Positions 19,409 to 28,211 are shown, numbered from the stretch's first letter. The stretch: DNA of 33,928 bases from Campylobacteraceae bacterium (GCA_027030605.1 JALVEV010000091.1:1-33928), one strand, 5' to 3'. Made by a program: numbers and translations. Notes: generated by a model not told the origin, from the letters alone.

Positions 19409-20088
19409 TGGGAACTGATGACCGACACAAAAAACGTAAAGCAAGAAATACGAAGAGAAAAAGAGTTGAACAAAAAGCCGTATTGATTGCTTTAGAAGAT
19501 ACAAAATCTTCAAAGTACTATTTTGAGGCACTATTAAAAGATAAAAAATTAACTGGTAAAGTAATTTTTGCAAAGCATATCGGTACAGACCCTGAAAATG
19601 TTGTAGAAGCCATAGTTAAACATGAGAGAGAAAACCCGACTAATAGATATGAAAAAAAATGGGCGGTTATTGATAAAGATGATTGGTCTAAACAACAAGT
19701 TAATGGAGCTATTAAAAGAGCTAAAGATTTAGGTATCTGTATAGCAATTTCAAATGAAGCATATGAGTTATGGATTTTACTCCATTTTCAACCACTTTCA
19801 CGACATACTCATCGTAATGAACTAAATAGTAAACTCAAAACTATATTTAGAGACAGATTTGGTATAGACTATAGTAAATCATCTCAAGATATTTATGCTT
19901 TTACAGTAGGTTTGCAATCAGAAGCGATAAAAAATGCAAAACAGTTGGTTGCAATGCAAAAACGAAATAATGGACTATTAGACCCCTGTGAGAATAATCC
20001 TTTAACCATGATTTTTGAATTAGTTGAGTGCCTAAATTCTTTATATGAAAAAGATAAAAAATGCACTTGTTTTCCTATTGATGATTAA
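19408..20088 (+). CDS. rloB: RloB family (AbiLii-like) protein
   Basis: LIALEDTKSSKYYF, WAVIDKD, SNEAYELWILLHF, AIKNAK, NPLT; TAATG coupling to the ATPase. Confidence 0.82.
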   Translation: MGTDDRHKKRKARNTKRKRVEQKAVLIALEDTKSSKYYFEALLKDKKLTGKVIFAKHIGTDPENVVEAIVKHERENPTNRYEKKWAVIDKDDWSKQQVNGAIKRAKDLGICIAISNEAYELWILLHFQPLSRHTHRNELNSKLKTIFRDRFGIDYSKSSQDIYAFTVGLQSEAIKNAKQLVAMQKRNNGLLDPCENNPLTMIFELVECLNSLYEKDKKCTCFPIDD

Positions 20089-20176
20089 CAAATTCACACA
20101 CAGTTAACCCCAAAATAGTATTCTACTAATAAAATAAAAAATCCTAAAACCCCCATTTCCTTATCCAAGGTACACC

Positions 20177-20249
20177 CTATCTGTCCTCATATATTCTAAA
20201 TTTTTTGTATCTTTACAGAGGGTTAGATTTGGTATATGATAGCGTAAAT
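20177..20249 (+). repeat. 73-bp direct repeat, copy 2 (promoter of the flavin-binding gene)
   Basis: Matches 17868-17940; TATGAT -10, then AAGGA RBS and ATG 20266. Confidence 0.9.
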
Positions 20250-20265
20250 CATTCAAAGGAAACAA

Positions 20266-20871
20266 ATGAACCCAAATTTTGAAATAAAAGACAAAACTAT
20301 TATTTATGAAATTTTAGACAAAGCAGAGTACGGAACACTAGCCCTTTGTGTAGAGAACAAACCCTACGCCGCACCCCTAAACTTTGTACGTATAGACGAT
20401 GACATCTATTTTCATGGTGCTTTAAAAAACAAAAAGATGAAGATACTAGAGCAAAACCCCAATGTCTCATTTTCAGTAGTAGAGAACTATGCACTTATAG
20501 ACTCAGATTTTTCTACTACAGAGGGCTTGGCGTGTCCTGCAACGCAGTTTTATAAATCTGTGAGTATAGATGGGGTAGCAGTTGTTGAGAATAGTAGAGA
20601 GATTAAGGCAGAGGTCTTTGAACTGTTTATGCAAAAGCACCAACCAAAAGGTGGCTACAAACCATTTAGTCATAGTGACTATGACAAAGCTTTAAAAGCT
20701 ACTGCTTTAGTGAAGATAGAGGTAGAAAATCTCACTTGCAAGTTTAAATTTGGTCAGCACCTCAATGAAGAACGCTTCGAGATGATAGTATCACATCTAT
20801 TGAAGCGTGGTACAGCTATAGATAAACGAACCGTTGAGATAATGCAAAAGCAAAGGAAAAATACACTATAG
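20266..20871 (+). CDS. Pyridoxamine 5'-phosphate oxidase-like flavin-binding protein (NimA-like split barrel)
   Basis: YGTLAL, PYAAPLNF, IYFHGA, NPNVSFSV, TQFYKSV, KFKFGQ. Confidence 0.85.
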   Translation: MNPNFEIKDKTIIYEILDKAEYGTLALCVENKPYAAPLNFVRIDDDIYFHGALKNKKMKILEQNPNVSFSVVENYALIDSDFSTTEGLACPATQFYKSVSIDGVAVVENSREIKAEVFELFMQKHQPKGGYKPFSHSDYDKALKATALVKIEVENLTCKFKFGQHLNEERFEMIVSHLLKRGTAIDKRTVEIMQKQRKNTL

Positions 20872-20976
20872 AAAACTAGTCTTGATATTATCCCATAGTT
20901 TGAGTTTAATGATAATTGGTATTGGGAGATGGGGTGTTTTACTTCAGGTTTGTAGTTTTTTGATATACTGTTAAGA

Positions 20977-21846
20977 ATGAATCAAAAAAATATAAATCTG
21001 TACACTTTTCCAAAAGCATTTTATGATATAGATGCAGTTACTGTACTACTACATCATGAAAACAACTCTATTTTATATAAAAGACTTAACGCTGATGTAG
21101 TAAATACAGATGTGATTACGGTTTCACATGTTATTGTTTATGTTGTAAATGGAAAAGTGGAAATAAACACAGATGATGGTAAACATATAGTTGCTACCAA
21201 TGGTGAAATGGTTTTTATGCCAAGAGATAGTTATATGGTCTCTGATTATATACGAAATGGTCAGGATTTAGAGGTTTTTTTACTTTTTTTTGACCATGAT
21301 ATAGCACTCTCTTTTTTGGGTAGTAGAAGTATATCCATGTCAAGCTCTGAAAGCATCTGTAAATTAAAAACTTCTAAAAATATATCTTATTTTTTTGAAT
21401 CACTGCAAAAAATGGAGTTTGTAGATAAAAACAACAAAGAACTTCTTACTCTTAAAATTTTAGAGTTTTTACATCTCGTTTTTCAAGATAATAACGTAAA
21501 GTTTATTGAAACACTTTATACCTCAGAAAGAGATAAACAAAAACGAAACATTACAACACTTATGCTAGAACATTTAGATAAAAACTTAACCGTTAGTGAC
21601 TACGCTTCACTTTTAGGTATGAGCCTTTCAACTTTTAATAGAAAATTTAAAGAGAAGTACCATACTACACCAAAATCATGGCTCATAGAACAAAAAATGC
21701 ACAAAGCACATAAACTTTTAAAAGAGGGGAATAGTGTTACTCAAAGTGCTTTTGATGTAGGCTATTTAAATGTTTCAAACTTCATCAAAGCCTATAAATC
21801 TGTTTATGGAAATACACCCAAAAGTATGCAAAGTAACCCTCTATAA
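20977..21846 (+). CDS. AraC-family transcriptional regulator
   Basis: MSLSTFNRKFK...TPKSWL, AFDVGYLNVSNFIKAYKSVYGNTP. Confidence 0.93.
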   Translation: MNQKNINLYTFPKAFYDIDAVTVLLHHENNSILYKRLNADVVNTDVITVSHVIVYVVNGKVEINTDDGKHIVATNGEMVFMPRDSYMVSDYIRNGQDLEVFLLFFDHDIALSFLGSRSISMSSSESICKLKTSKNISYFFESLQKMEFVDKNNKELLTLKILEFLHLVFQDNNVKFIETLYTSERDKQKRNITTLMLEHLDKNLTVSDYASLLGMSLSTFNRKFKEKYHTTPKSWLIEQKMHKAHKLLKEGNSVTQSAFDVGYLNVSNFIKAYKSVYGNTPKSMQSNPL

Positions 21847-21852
21847 CTCAGA

Positions 21853-21895
21853 ATAACTACTTTTGACTTTTTACAAGTAGTTATATTTTTTCTTT
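21853..21895 (+). terminator. Candidate intrinsic terminator (or operator) after araC
   Basis: Perfect 10-bp arms ATAACTACTT (21853-21862)/AAGTAGTTAT (21875-21884), followed by a T-rich run; stem is AT-rich with a 12-nt loop. Confidence 0.4.
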
Positions 21896-21933
21896 CTTGT
21901 CATAATATGACATCTTAAATTGAAGGAACAAAA

Positions 21934-22404
21934 ATGAAACGAATAGTATTACTTTTAATGTTTGGTCTATTGAGCCTATCTCAAGCAAATGAATCTAAAG
22001 TAGAAGAGGTATTAGATGGCTACATGAATGCATGGGCAGAGCATAATATTACAAAAATAGACAGCTACTACTCTACAGATGTCATTTGGTATGACCTACC
22101 ATCAGACACAACAACAAAGGGCAAAAAAGCAGTCACAAAAGCTATCACTGATGCATTTATGGCATATGTACCTGATATGTTTTGGGTCAAAATGGGTGAT
22201 ATTTTTGTGAGTGGAAACACCATTACATATGAGTGGACATATGGTGGTACATTTAATGGTTTATGGGGAGAGAAAAAGGTTAAAAATAAAAAGTTTAGTA
22301 TCAAAGGTATTAGTACTACAACCATTGATAAACAGGGTAAAATAGTGGCTCAAAAAGATTACTATGACCTGTTTGGGTTTATGAAGCAGTTGGGGGTATT
22401 GTAG
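21934..22404 (+). CDS. Exported SnoaL/NTF2-like (ester cyclase family) protein
   Basis: Signal peptide, YMNAW, YEWTYGGT, GKIVAQKDYYDLFGFMKQLG. Confidence 0.85.
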   Translation: MKRIVLLLMFGLLSLSQANESKVEEVLDGYMNAWAEHNITKIDSYYSTDVIWYDLPSDTTTKGKKAVTKAITDAFMAYVPDMFWVKMGDIFVSGNTITYEWTYGGTFNGLWGEKKVKNKKFSIKGISTTTIDKQGKIVAQKDYYDLFGFMKQLGVL

Positions 22405-22419
22405 AAGTAAGCATCTATC

Positions 22420-22728
22420 TTACTTTTTACACTCAAACTCTCCAGTAGGAACCTCTAATCCTAAACAAGCAATCTCTTCTAAAATAGATTGTCGAAAGGT
22501 ATCGAGTGGGGTTCGTATGCTGTAGAATGCCCAGCGTCCTCGGCGTTCTACTTTCAAAAAGCCACCCTCTTTTAATATTTTTAGGTGACGAGAGACACGC
22601 GACTGAATCATCTTAAAGGCACTCTCTATGTCACAGACGCAGACCTCACCCTTTTGGTTGATGAAGTTTAAAATTTTTAGGCGTGTCTCGTCGTTAATGG
22701 AACCTATAGTTTTTAGAAAAATATCCAT
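22420..22728 (-). CDS. arsR: ArsR/SmtB-family repressor
   Basis: DETRLKIL, EVCVCDI, QSRVSRHLKIL, RRGRWAFY. Confidence 0.9.
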   Translation of the reverse strand: MDIFLKTIGSINDETRLKILNFINQKGEVCVCDIESAFKMIQSRVSRHLKILKEGGFLKVERRGRWAFYSIRTPLDTFRQSILEEIACLGLEVPTGEFECKK

Positions 22729-22729
22729 T

Positions 22730-23398
22730 TTAGTCTTTGTTTAACACTTTTGATTTTGCTAGAGCTTTCTCTATCTCTTCTTTGCTGATGTCTCCATCGA
22801 GTTTTAGCTCAACATCTCCATCTTTTCCCTCTACTTGCATGTTAGAAATCTTCTTTTTAGTAGCATCGCTCATACACTCACATTGACCTGTAGCACAGTT
22901 CTCTACCATTTTGACAATTTGCTGTTTTTGTACCACACCTGTAAAGTTTATTTTTACACCATTATCTGTTTTAAATACATTTTTGTTCATTGTTTTTTCC
23001 TTTAATTGTTGTTCTACTTTTGGAAGTAGGGTTGTTTTTATCTCTTCATACGTTGTCTCAAATGCCTCATACTCTTTTCCATCTGGGTCTTCAAAACCTA
23101 TGTGAATAACAGGTGTTGGCTTTGGAAATATGGGGCAGGTCTCTTTCGCATGGTCACATACTGTTACTACTAAGTCAAATTCAATATGCTCTAAAGTATC
23201 AAGTGTTTTAGAGTGGTACTCTTCTCTCCATGCACCATTAGCTTCTAAAACTCTTTTAGCATTTGGATTTACTCTTCCACTAGGTTTAACCCCTGAACTG
23301 TAGGCATTAATGCCCTCTAGCTCTTTGTTAATTAATGCTTCAGCAATAATGCTTCGACAACTGTTTCCTGTACATAAAATCAATACATTTTTACTCAT
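22730..23398 (-). CDS. arsC: Thioredoxin-type (LMW-PTP fold) arsenate reductase fused to an 86-aa Cys-containing C-terminal domain
   Basis: CTGNSCRS, VTVCDHAKETCP, FEDPD; extra domain from M137 with CATGQCEC. Confidence 0.85.
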   Translation of the reverse strand: MSKNVLILCTGNSCRSIIAEALINKELEGINAYSSGVKPSGRVNPNAKRVLEANGAWREEYHSKTLDTLEHIEFDLVVTVCDHAKETCPIFPKPTPVIHIGFEDPDGKEYEAFETTYEEIKTTLLPKVEQQLKEKTMNKNVFKTDNGVKINFTGVVQKQQIVKMVENCATGQCECMSDATKKKISNMQVEGKDGDVELKLDGDISKEEIEKALAKSKVLNKD

Positions 23399-23409
23399 CT
23401 ATTCTCTCC

Positions 23410-24123
23410 TTAAAACTCATCAAATTCACGTTGAGCTTTCTCCTCTTCATAGGCTTTAAGCTCCTCTTTACTCATCATCATAAATTTTATTTTTTGGGCT
23501 AAAAAAGTTTTGCTTTCCACTTTAGTAAAGTAGCTGTAGAGACCAAAACTAAAGGCTAAAATTGTAATAAGAGTAATAATCTTTTGAGCTAAAGTAAAGG
23601 TCTGAATAGGCTCTTTTTGTCGGATTTCACAAATACCACCAGGGCAGTGTGTAACAGGGTCTTTTTTAAAGAGACCAAAGAGCTTACACCCCAAACAGAT
23701 AGAGAAAGCTGACTCTAAAAAGAGAAGTACTAAACATAAAATACAGACTAAAACTTTTATAGGATTTGGTTGAAAGTGTATAACCAATAGGTAAAACATA
23801 GGTAAGGACAAAAGAAACCCAATACCCCATGCAAACCGTTTTTGTGTTGCACCAACATACTCAGGGCGTTGGTTTTGTACAAAGATTCGACCAAGTAGTA
23901 GACTGGGGGAGTAACGTGGTTGAATAACTCTAATTAAAAAGTCTAAAGTAAAAAAGGCAATAAAAACTCTAGTAACAATTCCATGCCCTAATGCTACAGC
24001 ATTTATAAGGCTTAGTAGACCTATTGCAAAGAGAATTCCTGCTCCTGCTCGTGCCTCTCGTTCATTAAGAACCAATACGTCATACCCATCTACTTTTTCG
24101 CCATATTGGAAGAAACTGCTCAT
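23410..24123 (-). CDS. DUF4395-like membrane protein
   Basis: NEREARAGAG, QKRFAWGIG, LESAFSICLGC, CPGGIC. Start moved to ATG 24123 (AAGGA RBS); the track's longer N-terminus crosses the promoter and tetR. Confidence 0.78.
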   Translation of the reverse strand: MSSFFQYGEKVDGYDVLVLNEREARAGAGILFAIGLLSLINAVALGHGIVTRVFIAFFTLDFLIRVIQPRYSPSLLLGRIFVQNQRPEYVGATQKRFAWGIGFLLSLPMFYLLVIHFQPNPIKVLVCILCLVLLFLESAFSICLGCKLFGLFKKDPVTHCPGGICEIRQKEPIQTFTLAQKIITLITILAFSFGLYSYFTKVESKTFLAQKIKFMMMSKEELKAYEEEKAQREFDEF

Positions 24124-24147
24124 CTGTATCCTTTCTATTTTGAGGGT

Positions 24148-24195
24148 ATTATAGCAGTTATCTAATAATATATCAAGATATATTGATATATTATT
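24148..24195 (-). promoter_or_regulatory. Promoter and ArsR-type operator of the DUF4395-arsC-arsR operon
   Basis: TGCTATAAT extended -10 on the minus strand (24148-24156); perfect 13-6-13 inverted repeat AATAATATATCAA-GATATA-TTGATATATTATT at 24164-24195. Confidence 0.7.
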
Positions 24196-24295
24196 TAAAT
24201 TTCTGATACTATTAAAAGAAAAGGAACATAAAAATGGCTGTTTGGGCAGAGAGAGGTTGAGAGTAAGAGTTATAAAAATATAGTATAATCTCTCT

Positions 24296-24886
24296 ATGAA
24301 AAAACAACCCACAAGAGAAAAACTTTTAGACATAGCCTTTGAAGAGGTCTATATTAACGGCTATACAGCTACATCGGTAGATGCCATACTTAAAAAAGCT
24401 TCTGTACCCAAAGGGTCGATGTATCATCACTTTAAATCTAAAAAAGAGTTGGTACTTGCTATGGTTAAGGAGCGTCTGTTCCCTAAGATGGATGCTTTTT
24501 TTAAGTATGAGATAAAAGAGGATGAAAGCATTACTCAAAGCTTTAGAGATACTTTTTTAGCTGTCAGCAAAAATAGACTTTTAGTAACCTATGGATGCCC
24601 TTTGTACCGTTTAATGGTAGAACTCTCAGCAACAGACAAAGAGTTTGATGCCGTTCTTTCAACTAAAGTCAATGAGATGAAAGAGGGTATAAAAATGATG
24701 CTTGAACAGGGTATTGCTTTAGGTGAGTTTGATAAAAGTTTAAACTCTGAAACTTTTGCAACCTATATGCTCACTTCTGTTTGGGGCATACTCTCTTTGT
24801 CTCCCTCTCTTTCGTCTTCTAAAACTTTTTTGATACAGAGCCAATATATTTTAGATTCATTGGATGCTTATAAAATTCGGGTGTAA
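24296..24886 (+). CDS. TetR/AcrR-family regulator
   Basis: GYTATSVDAIL...KGSMYHHFKSKKEL, GCP motif. Confidence 0.93.
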   Translation: MKKQPTREKLLDIAFEEVYINGYTATSVDAILKKASVPKGSMYHHFKSKKELVLAMVKERLFPKMDAFFKYEIKEDESITQSFRDTFLAVSKNRLLVTYGCPLYRLMVELSATDKEFDAVLSTKVNEMKEGIKMMLEQGIALGEFDKSLNSETFATYMLTSVWGILSLSPSLSSSKTFLIQSQYILDSLDAYKIRV

Positions 24887-24936
24887 ACACGCCGATTCCG
24901 AAAATGCAACTTGCATATAGGGGCTTTAGCCTCGCC
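24878..24936. repeat. Two further GGAA-type REP-like copies at the tetR 3' end
   Basis: Reverse strand 24899-24878 GGAATCGGCGTGTTTACACCCG; GGCTTTAGCCTCGCC at 24922-24936 is the exact reverse complement of 17554-17568. Confidence 0.7.
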
Positions 24937-24958
24937 ATATTTCAGGATTTAAAATTAA

Positions 24959-25020
24959 CTAGACCAATTAGTCTAGCTTAAGTAAAATTCCTATATACTA
25001 TCACTAGACTAAATAGTCTA
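24959..25020 (+). promoter_or_regulatory. Two TetR-type operators bracketing a -10 box
   Basis: CTAGAC-CAATTA-GTCTAG (24959-24976), TATACT (24994-24999), TAGACT-AAAT-AGTCTA (25005-25020). Confidence 0.72.
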
Positions 25021-25040
25021 ATTGAGTTTAAAAAGGAATT

Positions 25041-25565
25041 ATGATGTTTATGTACCAAAAAAATGAGGTTCAAAAAGAGAAGTTAGAGAAGCTTTTTAAG
25101 AAGGTAGAAGCCATCTATGGAAATGTTGTTCCTCAAATGGAATTTTTGGGCAATATAGATGTTGAGTATTTAGAAGATTTTTTAAAAGAGGTGATGCGTT
25201 TGGTAAAACACCCAAATATTGACTTTGATTTGTTTGCATTTATTCGTTTGCATATTGCTTTTAAAGAGGATTATACTTACTGTAAAGCATTTAATACAAA
25301 TTTACTGTTAGAAAGAGGATTTACGCAACCTCAACTTGATGTGGCTGTAGCCAATATTGAAGCTGTTCCTTTTGATGAAAAGCACCAAGCACTAGCTACT
25401 TTCGCCATTAAATCTATGTATGAGAGTCGTTTGTGTATTGCTTCTGATTTTGAAGAGCTTTACAATATGGGTTGGAGTCAAAAAGATGTGTTCGATGCTA
25501 TTGCTCATGCAGGGATGATATTTAAAAATGGTCGTATTTTGATGACCTATAGTAAAAAGGATTAG
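25041..25565 (+). CDS. AhpD/carboxymuconolactone decarboxylase-like protein with a single motif cysteine
   Basis: FIRLHIA...YTYCKAFN, DEKHQALATFA, LYNMGWSQKDVFDAI pattern. Confidence 0.6.
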   Translation: MMFMYQKNEVQKEKLEKLFKKVEAIYGNVVPQMEFLGNIDVEYLEDFLKEVMRLVKHPNIDFDLFAFIRLHIAFKEDYTYCKAFNTNLLLERGFTQPQLDVAVANIEAVPFDEKHQALATFAIKSMYESRLCIASDFEELYNMGWSQKDVFDAIAHAGMIFKNGRILMTYSKKD

Positions 25566-25984
25566 CTCCTATTCACCTTACCCATCGCCTCAAACCAATC
25601 CCTCGTAAAATGTTTTCTAATATACTTCTCAGAATGAGGCACAAAACACCCTGCACAGTTTTGATGAATGGCATCGTCTGAGATGTATTGGCTCCCATCT
25701 TTAGACTTAATGCCACAGGTAGAAAAGAGGGTTCTGTTTTCTACTTGTTTAAAACCCTCATCTTTAAATCTAAAGTTAGGACAAGCACAGAAGTAGCAGT
25801 TTAGCTCTTTGTTGTCGTGGCACATTTTATTTTTAGCATAGAGAGGGCAGAAGTCAGGCTCATTTTTAACCATATTGTCAAATCTAAAGTACTCAATAAG
25901 CTCATCATCGCTTAAGTGAGCCAACTTCTCTATAATCTTTTTGTGTTTTTCACCATGCTCTTGAAACCATGAACCGTAACTCAT
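25562..25984 (-). CDS. Cysteine-rich small putative metal-binding protein coupled to cobS
   Basis: FCPLY...CH...NCYFCACP...C...NCAGCFVPH; 4-bp overlap with cobS. Confidence 0.7.
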   Translation of the reverse strand: MSYGSWFQEHGEKHKKIIEKLAHLSDDELIEYFRFDNMVKNEPDFCPLYAKNKMCHDNKELNCYFCACPNFRFKDEGFKQVENRTLFSTCGIKSKDGSQYISDDAIHQNCAGCFVPHSEKYIRKHFTRDWFEAMGKVNRS

Positions 25985-26718
25985 AAGTTTACTCCTATTA
26001 TTAGTAATATTTCAACCCCTTCAAGTGTTGCTCCTAAAACATCACCATTGACAAAGCCAATCTTTAACTTAATGACAAAAGAGATAAGTAGGGCTAAAAG
26101 AAGTCCAATGAGGAGTAATAACATAAAGTTACTAACAAGTAGATAGCCAACAATGGAAAATAGGGCAAATGAAGCAAAAAAGTATGGTTTAGTTAACGCA
26201 TTTTTTAGTAAAACTGCAAAAGTAGAGCGAAACTCATAAATTGTAAAGAGTAGCAATAGAGATAGCCTAGAGACAATCGTAATAGCAATAAACTCTAAAA
26301 GGTAGTTATGCATTAAAAGATAAGCAATCCCAACAACTTTAAGAAGCATAAGAGAAGTACCATAAAGCACACCCATTGCTCCAACTGTTGGCTCTTTAAT
26401 AATCTCATAGGCATCTTTTCCTGAATGTTTTGCATAGATTGCATCAGCCACATCCATAATGGCTTCAGTATGCAAAAAACCATAGAGCATCATGTAAAAA
26501 GTAGCAGAGATTAATGCTCCAAACCAACTAAGAGAGCTTAAAAAATAGAAGAGAACAACTGTTCCTACGGCTAATAGAATTCCTACAAAAGGCAGAAAAA
26601 AGAGCATAAAGGTTAAAACCTCTTTGCGTGATAAATCATCACTTGCTTTAAAAGAGATAGGTAAAATAGAGAAGTAGGAGAGGGAGAATTTAAATCCCAA
26701 GTAGATGTTTTTTAGCAT
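25981..26718 (-). CDS. cobS: Cobalamin synthase (adenosylcobinamide-GDP ribazoletransferase)
   Basis: GFLHTEAIMDVADA, IKEPTVGAMG, GFVNGDVLGA; polytopic membrane protein. Confidence 0.9.
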   Translation of the reverse strand: MLKNIYLGFKFSLSYFSILPISFKASDDLSRKEVLTFMLFFLPFVGILLAVGTVVLFYFLSSLSWFGALISATFYMMLYGFLHTEAIMDVADAIYAKHSGKDAYEIIKEPTVGAMGVLYGTSLMLLKVVGIAYLLMHNYLLEFIAITIVSRLSLLLLFTIYEFRSTFAVLLKNALTKPYFFASFALFSIVGYLLVSNFMLLLLIGLLLALLISFVIKLKIGFVNGDVLGATLEGVEILLIIGVNL

Positions 26719-26747
26719 ACCGAAGTATACTAAAAAATTTTAAAAAA

Positions 26748-27074
26748 CTATTTTTTTGATACCTCTTTAGATTGAGTTACAGGAACCTCTTTGGTTTCGT
26801 TAGTATCCTCTTTTTTCTTTTCGGTACTATCTTTTGCATCATCTTTTATATCTGAAGCAGTGTCTTTAATATCTTTTACAGAGTCTTTCATGTCGTCCAT
26901 TGAGTCCTTCATATCATCTTTCATATCTTTCATTGAATCAGTCATCTCTGTTTTTACGTCTTTCATAGCATCGGTCATATCAGTCATCATGTCTCCCATT
27001 GGGAACATACTAGCAGAAGCAGTGGTCATTGTAAGAGTAGTTAAAATAGCAAGTAGTGAAAGTTTTTTCATCAT
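26748..27074 (-). CDS. Exported Met/Asp/Lys-rich low-complexity repeat protein
   Basis: AAGGA RBS, signal peptide ending TASA-S, 11-mers MTDAMKDVKTE/MTDSMKDMKDD/MKDSMDDMKDS. Confidence 0.75.
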   Translation of the reverse strand: MMKKLSLLAILTTLTMTTASASMFPMGDMMTDMTDAMKDVKTEMTDSMKDMKDDMKDSMDDMKDSVKDIKDTASDIKDDAKDSTEKKKEDTNETKEVPVTQSKEVSKK

Positions 27075-27200
27075 AAATCCTTATACGCGATTGGTTATAA
27101 AAATATTATAATAATTTTTTTTAAAAAAAGCACTTAAAAAAGTAAAAAAAACTTATATAAAAATATAAAGTTGGTCAATGAAACTTATTTACACACTCTT

Positions 27201-28211
27201 CTATTTTATACTAAGTAGAGCTTCTTTTAAAGCATCTAACTCACCTCTTGATTTGACGGATATACGGGCATAGCTACCATTTAAAGGGTAAAAATTAGCA
27301 CAGTTTCGTATAAGAATTTTGAACTTAATTAAAGCTTTTTGTAGCTCAATAGCATCTATATCTTTGAGTTGAATGAGTATAAAGTTAGCAGATGATGGGT
27401 AGATTTGCTCTGTATATTTGAATTGTTGAAATAGATTTATAAGATATTCTTTATTCTCTCTATTTGCTTTTTTTGACCTCTCTTTAAAAGTTCTATCTTC
27501 TAAAGCAGACTGTAGGTAGTTGCTATCGAACTCTGAAATCTTCCAAAGAGGCTCTTTTGTTTTAATAGCTTGAATATTTTTCGCACAAGAGAGTAATGCC
27601 CCAATACGAATACCAGCACTTGCGTAAAATTTTGTCATAGATTTTAAAATATAGAGTCTGCTATACTCTTTTAGATATTTTGTTACAGAGGAGTAGGGGG
27701 TAAAGTCTAAAAAGGACTCATCAACTAAAATGGTACACTCTTGTTCTATCCAATGTTGCATAAGTTTCTCAATCTCATAACGTTTTCCATCAGGAGTAGA
27801 GGGGTTTACAAAGATAACTAAAGCATTTTTAGCAACTGTCTCATATAGGTTCTCAAAACGGTTAATATAGTGAATTTTATAGCCATTGAGCTTTGCTGAC
27901 CTCTCATACTCACCATAACATGGAGCATAAAGAACGCATTCTTTTAACCCTAGTTCTCTAAAAAGGGTATAGATGGCTGTTGTAGCTCCATTAAAGAGTT
28001 CAAGTTGTGCTGTCTCTATGTTATAGAGTTGGGCAATGGCTTTTTCTAGTTTCTCATAGTTAGGGTAGGGTGAGATATTTAGTGTATTAAAATCAAGCTC
28101 AATATTGGGCTTGACAAAGTTAATATTTGAAGAGAGGTCAATCACCTCTCTTACCTCACACCCAATCTCTTTAGCAAATGCTATAATGTTGCCACCATGT
28201 GGTTGTTGCAT
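27201..28211 (-). CDS. cobD: L-threonine-O-3-phosphate decarboxylase (PLP-dependent; Salmonella CobD/Pseudomonas CobC type)
   Basis: HGGN, DLSSNIN, VNPSTPDG, VDESFLDF, SMTKFYASAGIRIG, IRNCANF; cob context. Confidence 0.85.
   Translation of the reverse strand: MQQPHGGNIIAFAKEIGCEVREVIDLSSNINFVKPNIELDFNTLNISPYPNYEKLEKAIAQLYNIETAQLELFNGATTAIYTLFRELGLKECVLYAPCYGEYERSAKLNGYKIHYINRFENLYETVAKNALVIFVNPSTPDGKRYEIEKLMQHWIEQECTILVDESFLDFTPYSSVTKYLKEYSRLYILKSMTKFYASAGIRIGALLSCAKNIQAIKTKEPLWKISEFDSNYLQSALEDRTFKERSKKANRENKEYLINLFQQFKYTEQIYPSSANFILIQLKDIDAIELQKALIKFKILIRNCANFYPLNGSYARISVKSRGELDALKEALLSIK

Noticed and set aside
24124-24333. 70-aa N-terminal extension of the DUF4395 ORF
   Set aside because: Crosses the promoter, operator and tetR start; RBS supports ATG 24123.
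26791-27111. 106-aa + strand Ser/Ile/Phe-rich ORF
   Set aside because: Antisense mirror of the Met-rich repeat gene, which has the RBS and signal peptide.
28171-28211. 41-bp cbiB/cobD overlap as a frameshift
   Set aside because: Both proteins carry their expected motifs and cobD has its own GGAG RBS; ordinary operon overlap.
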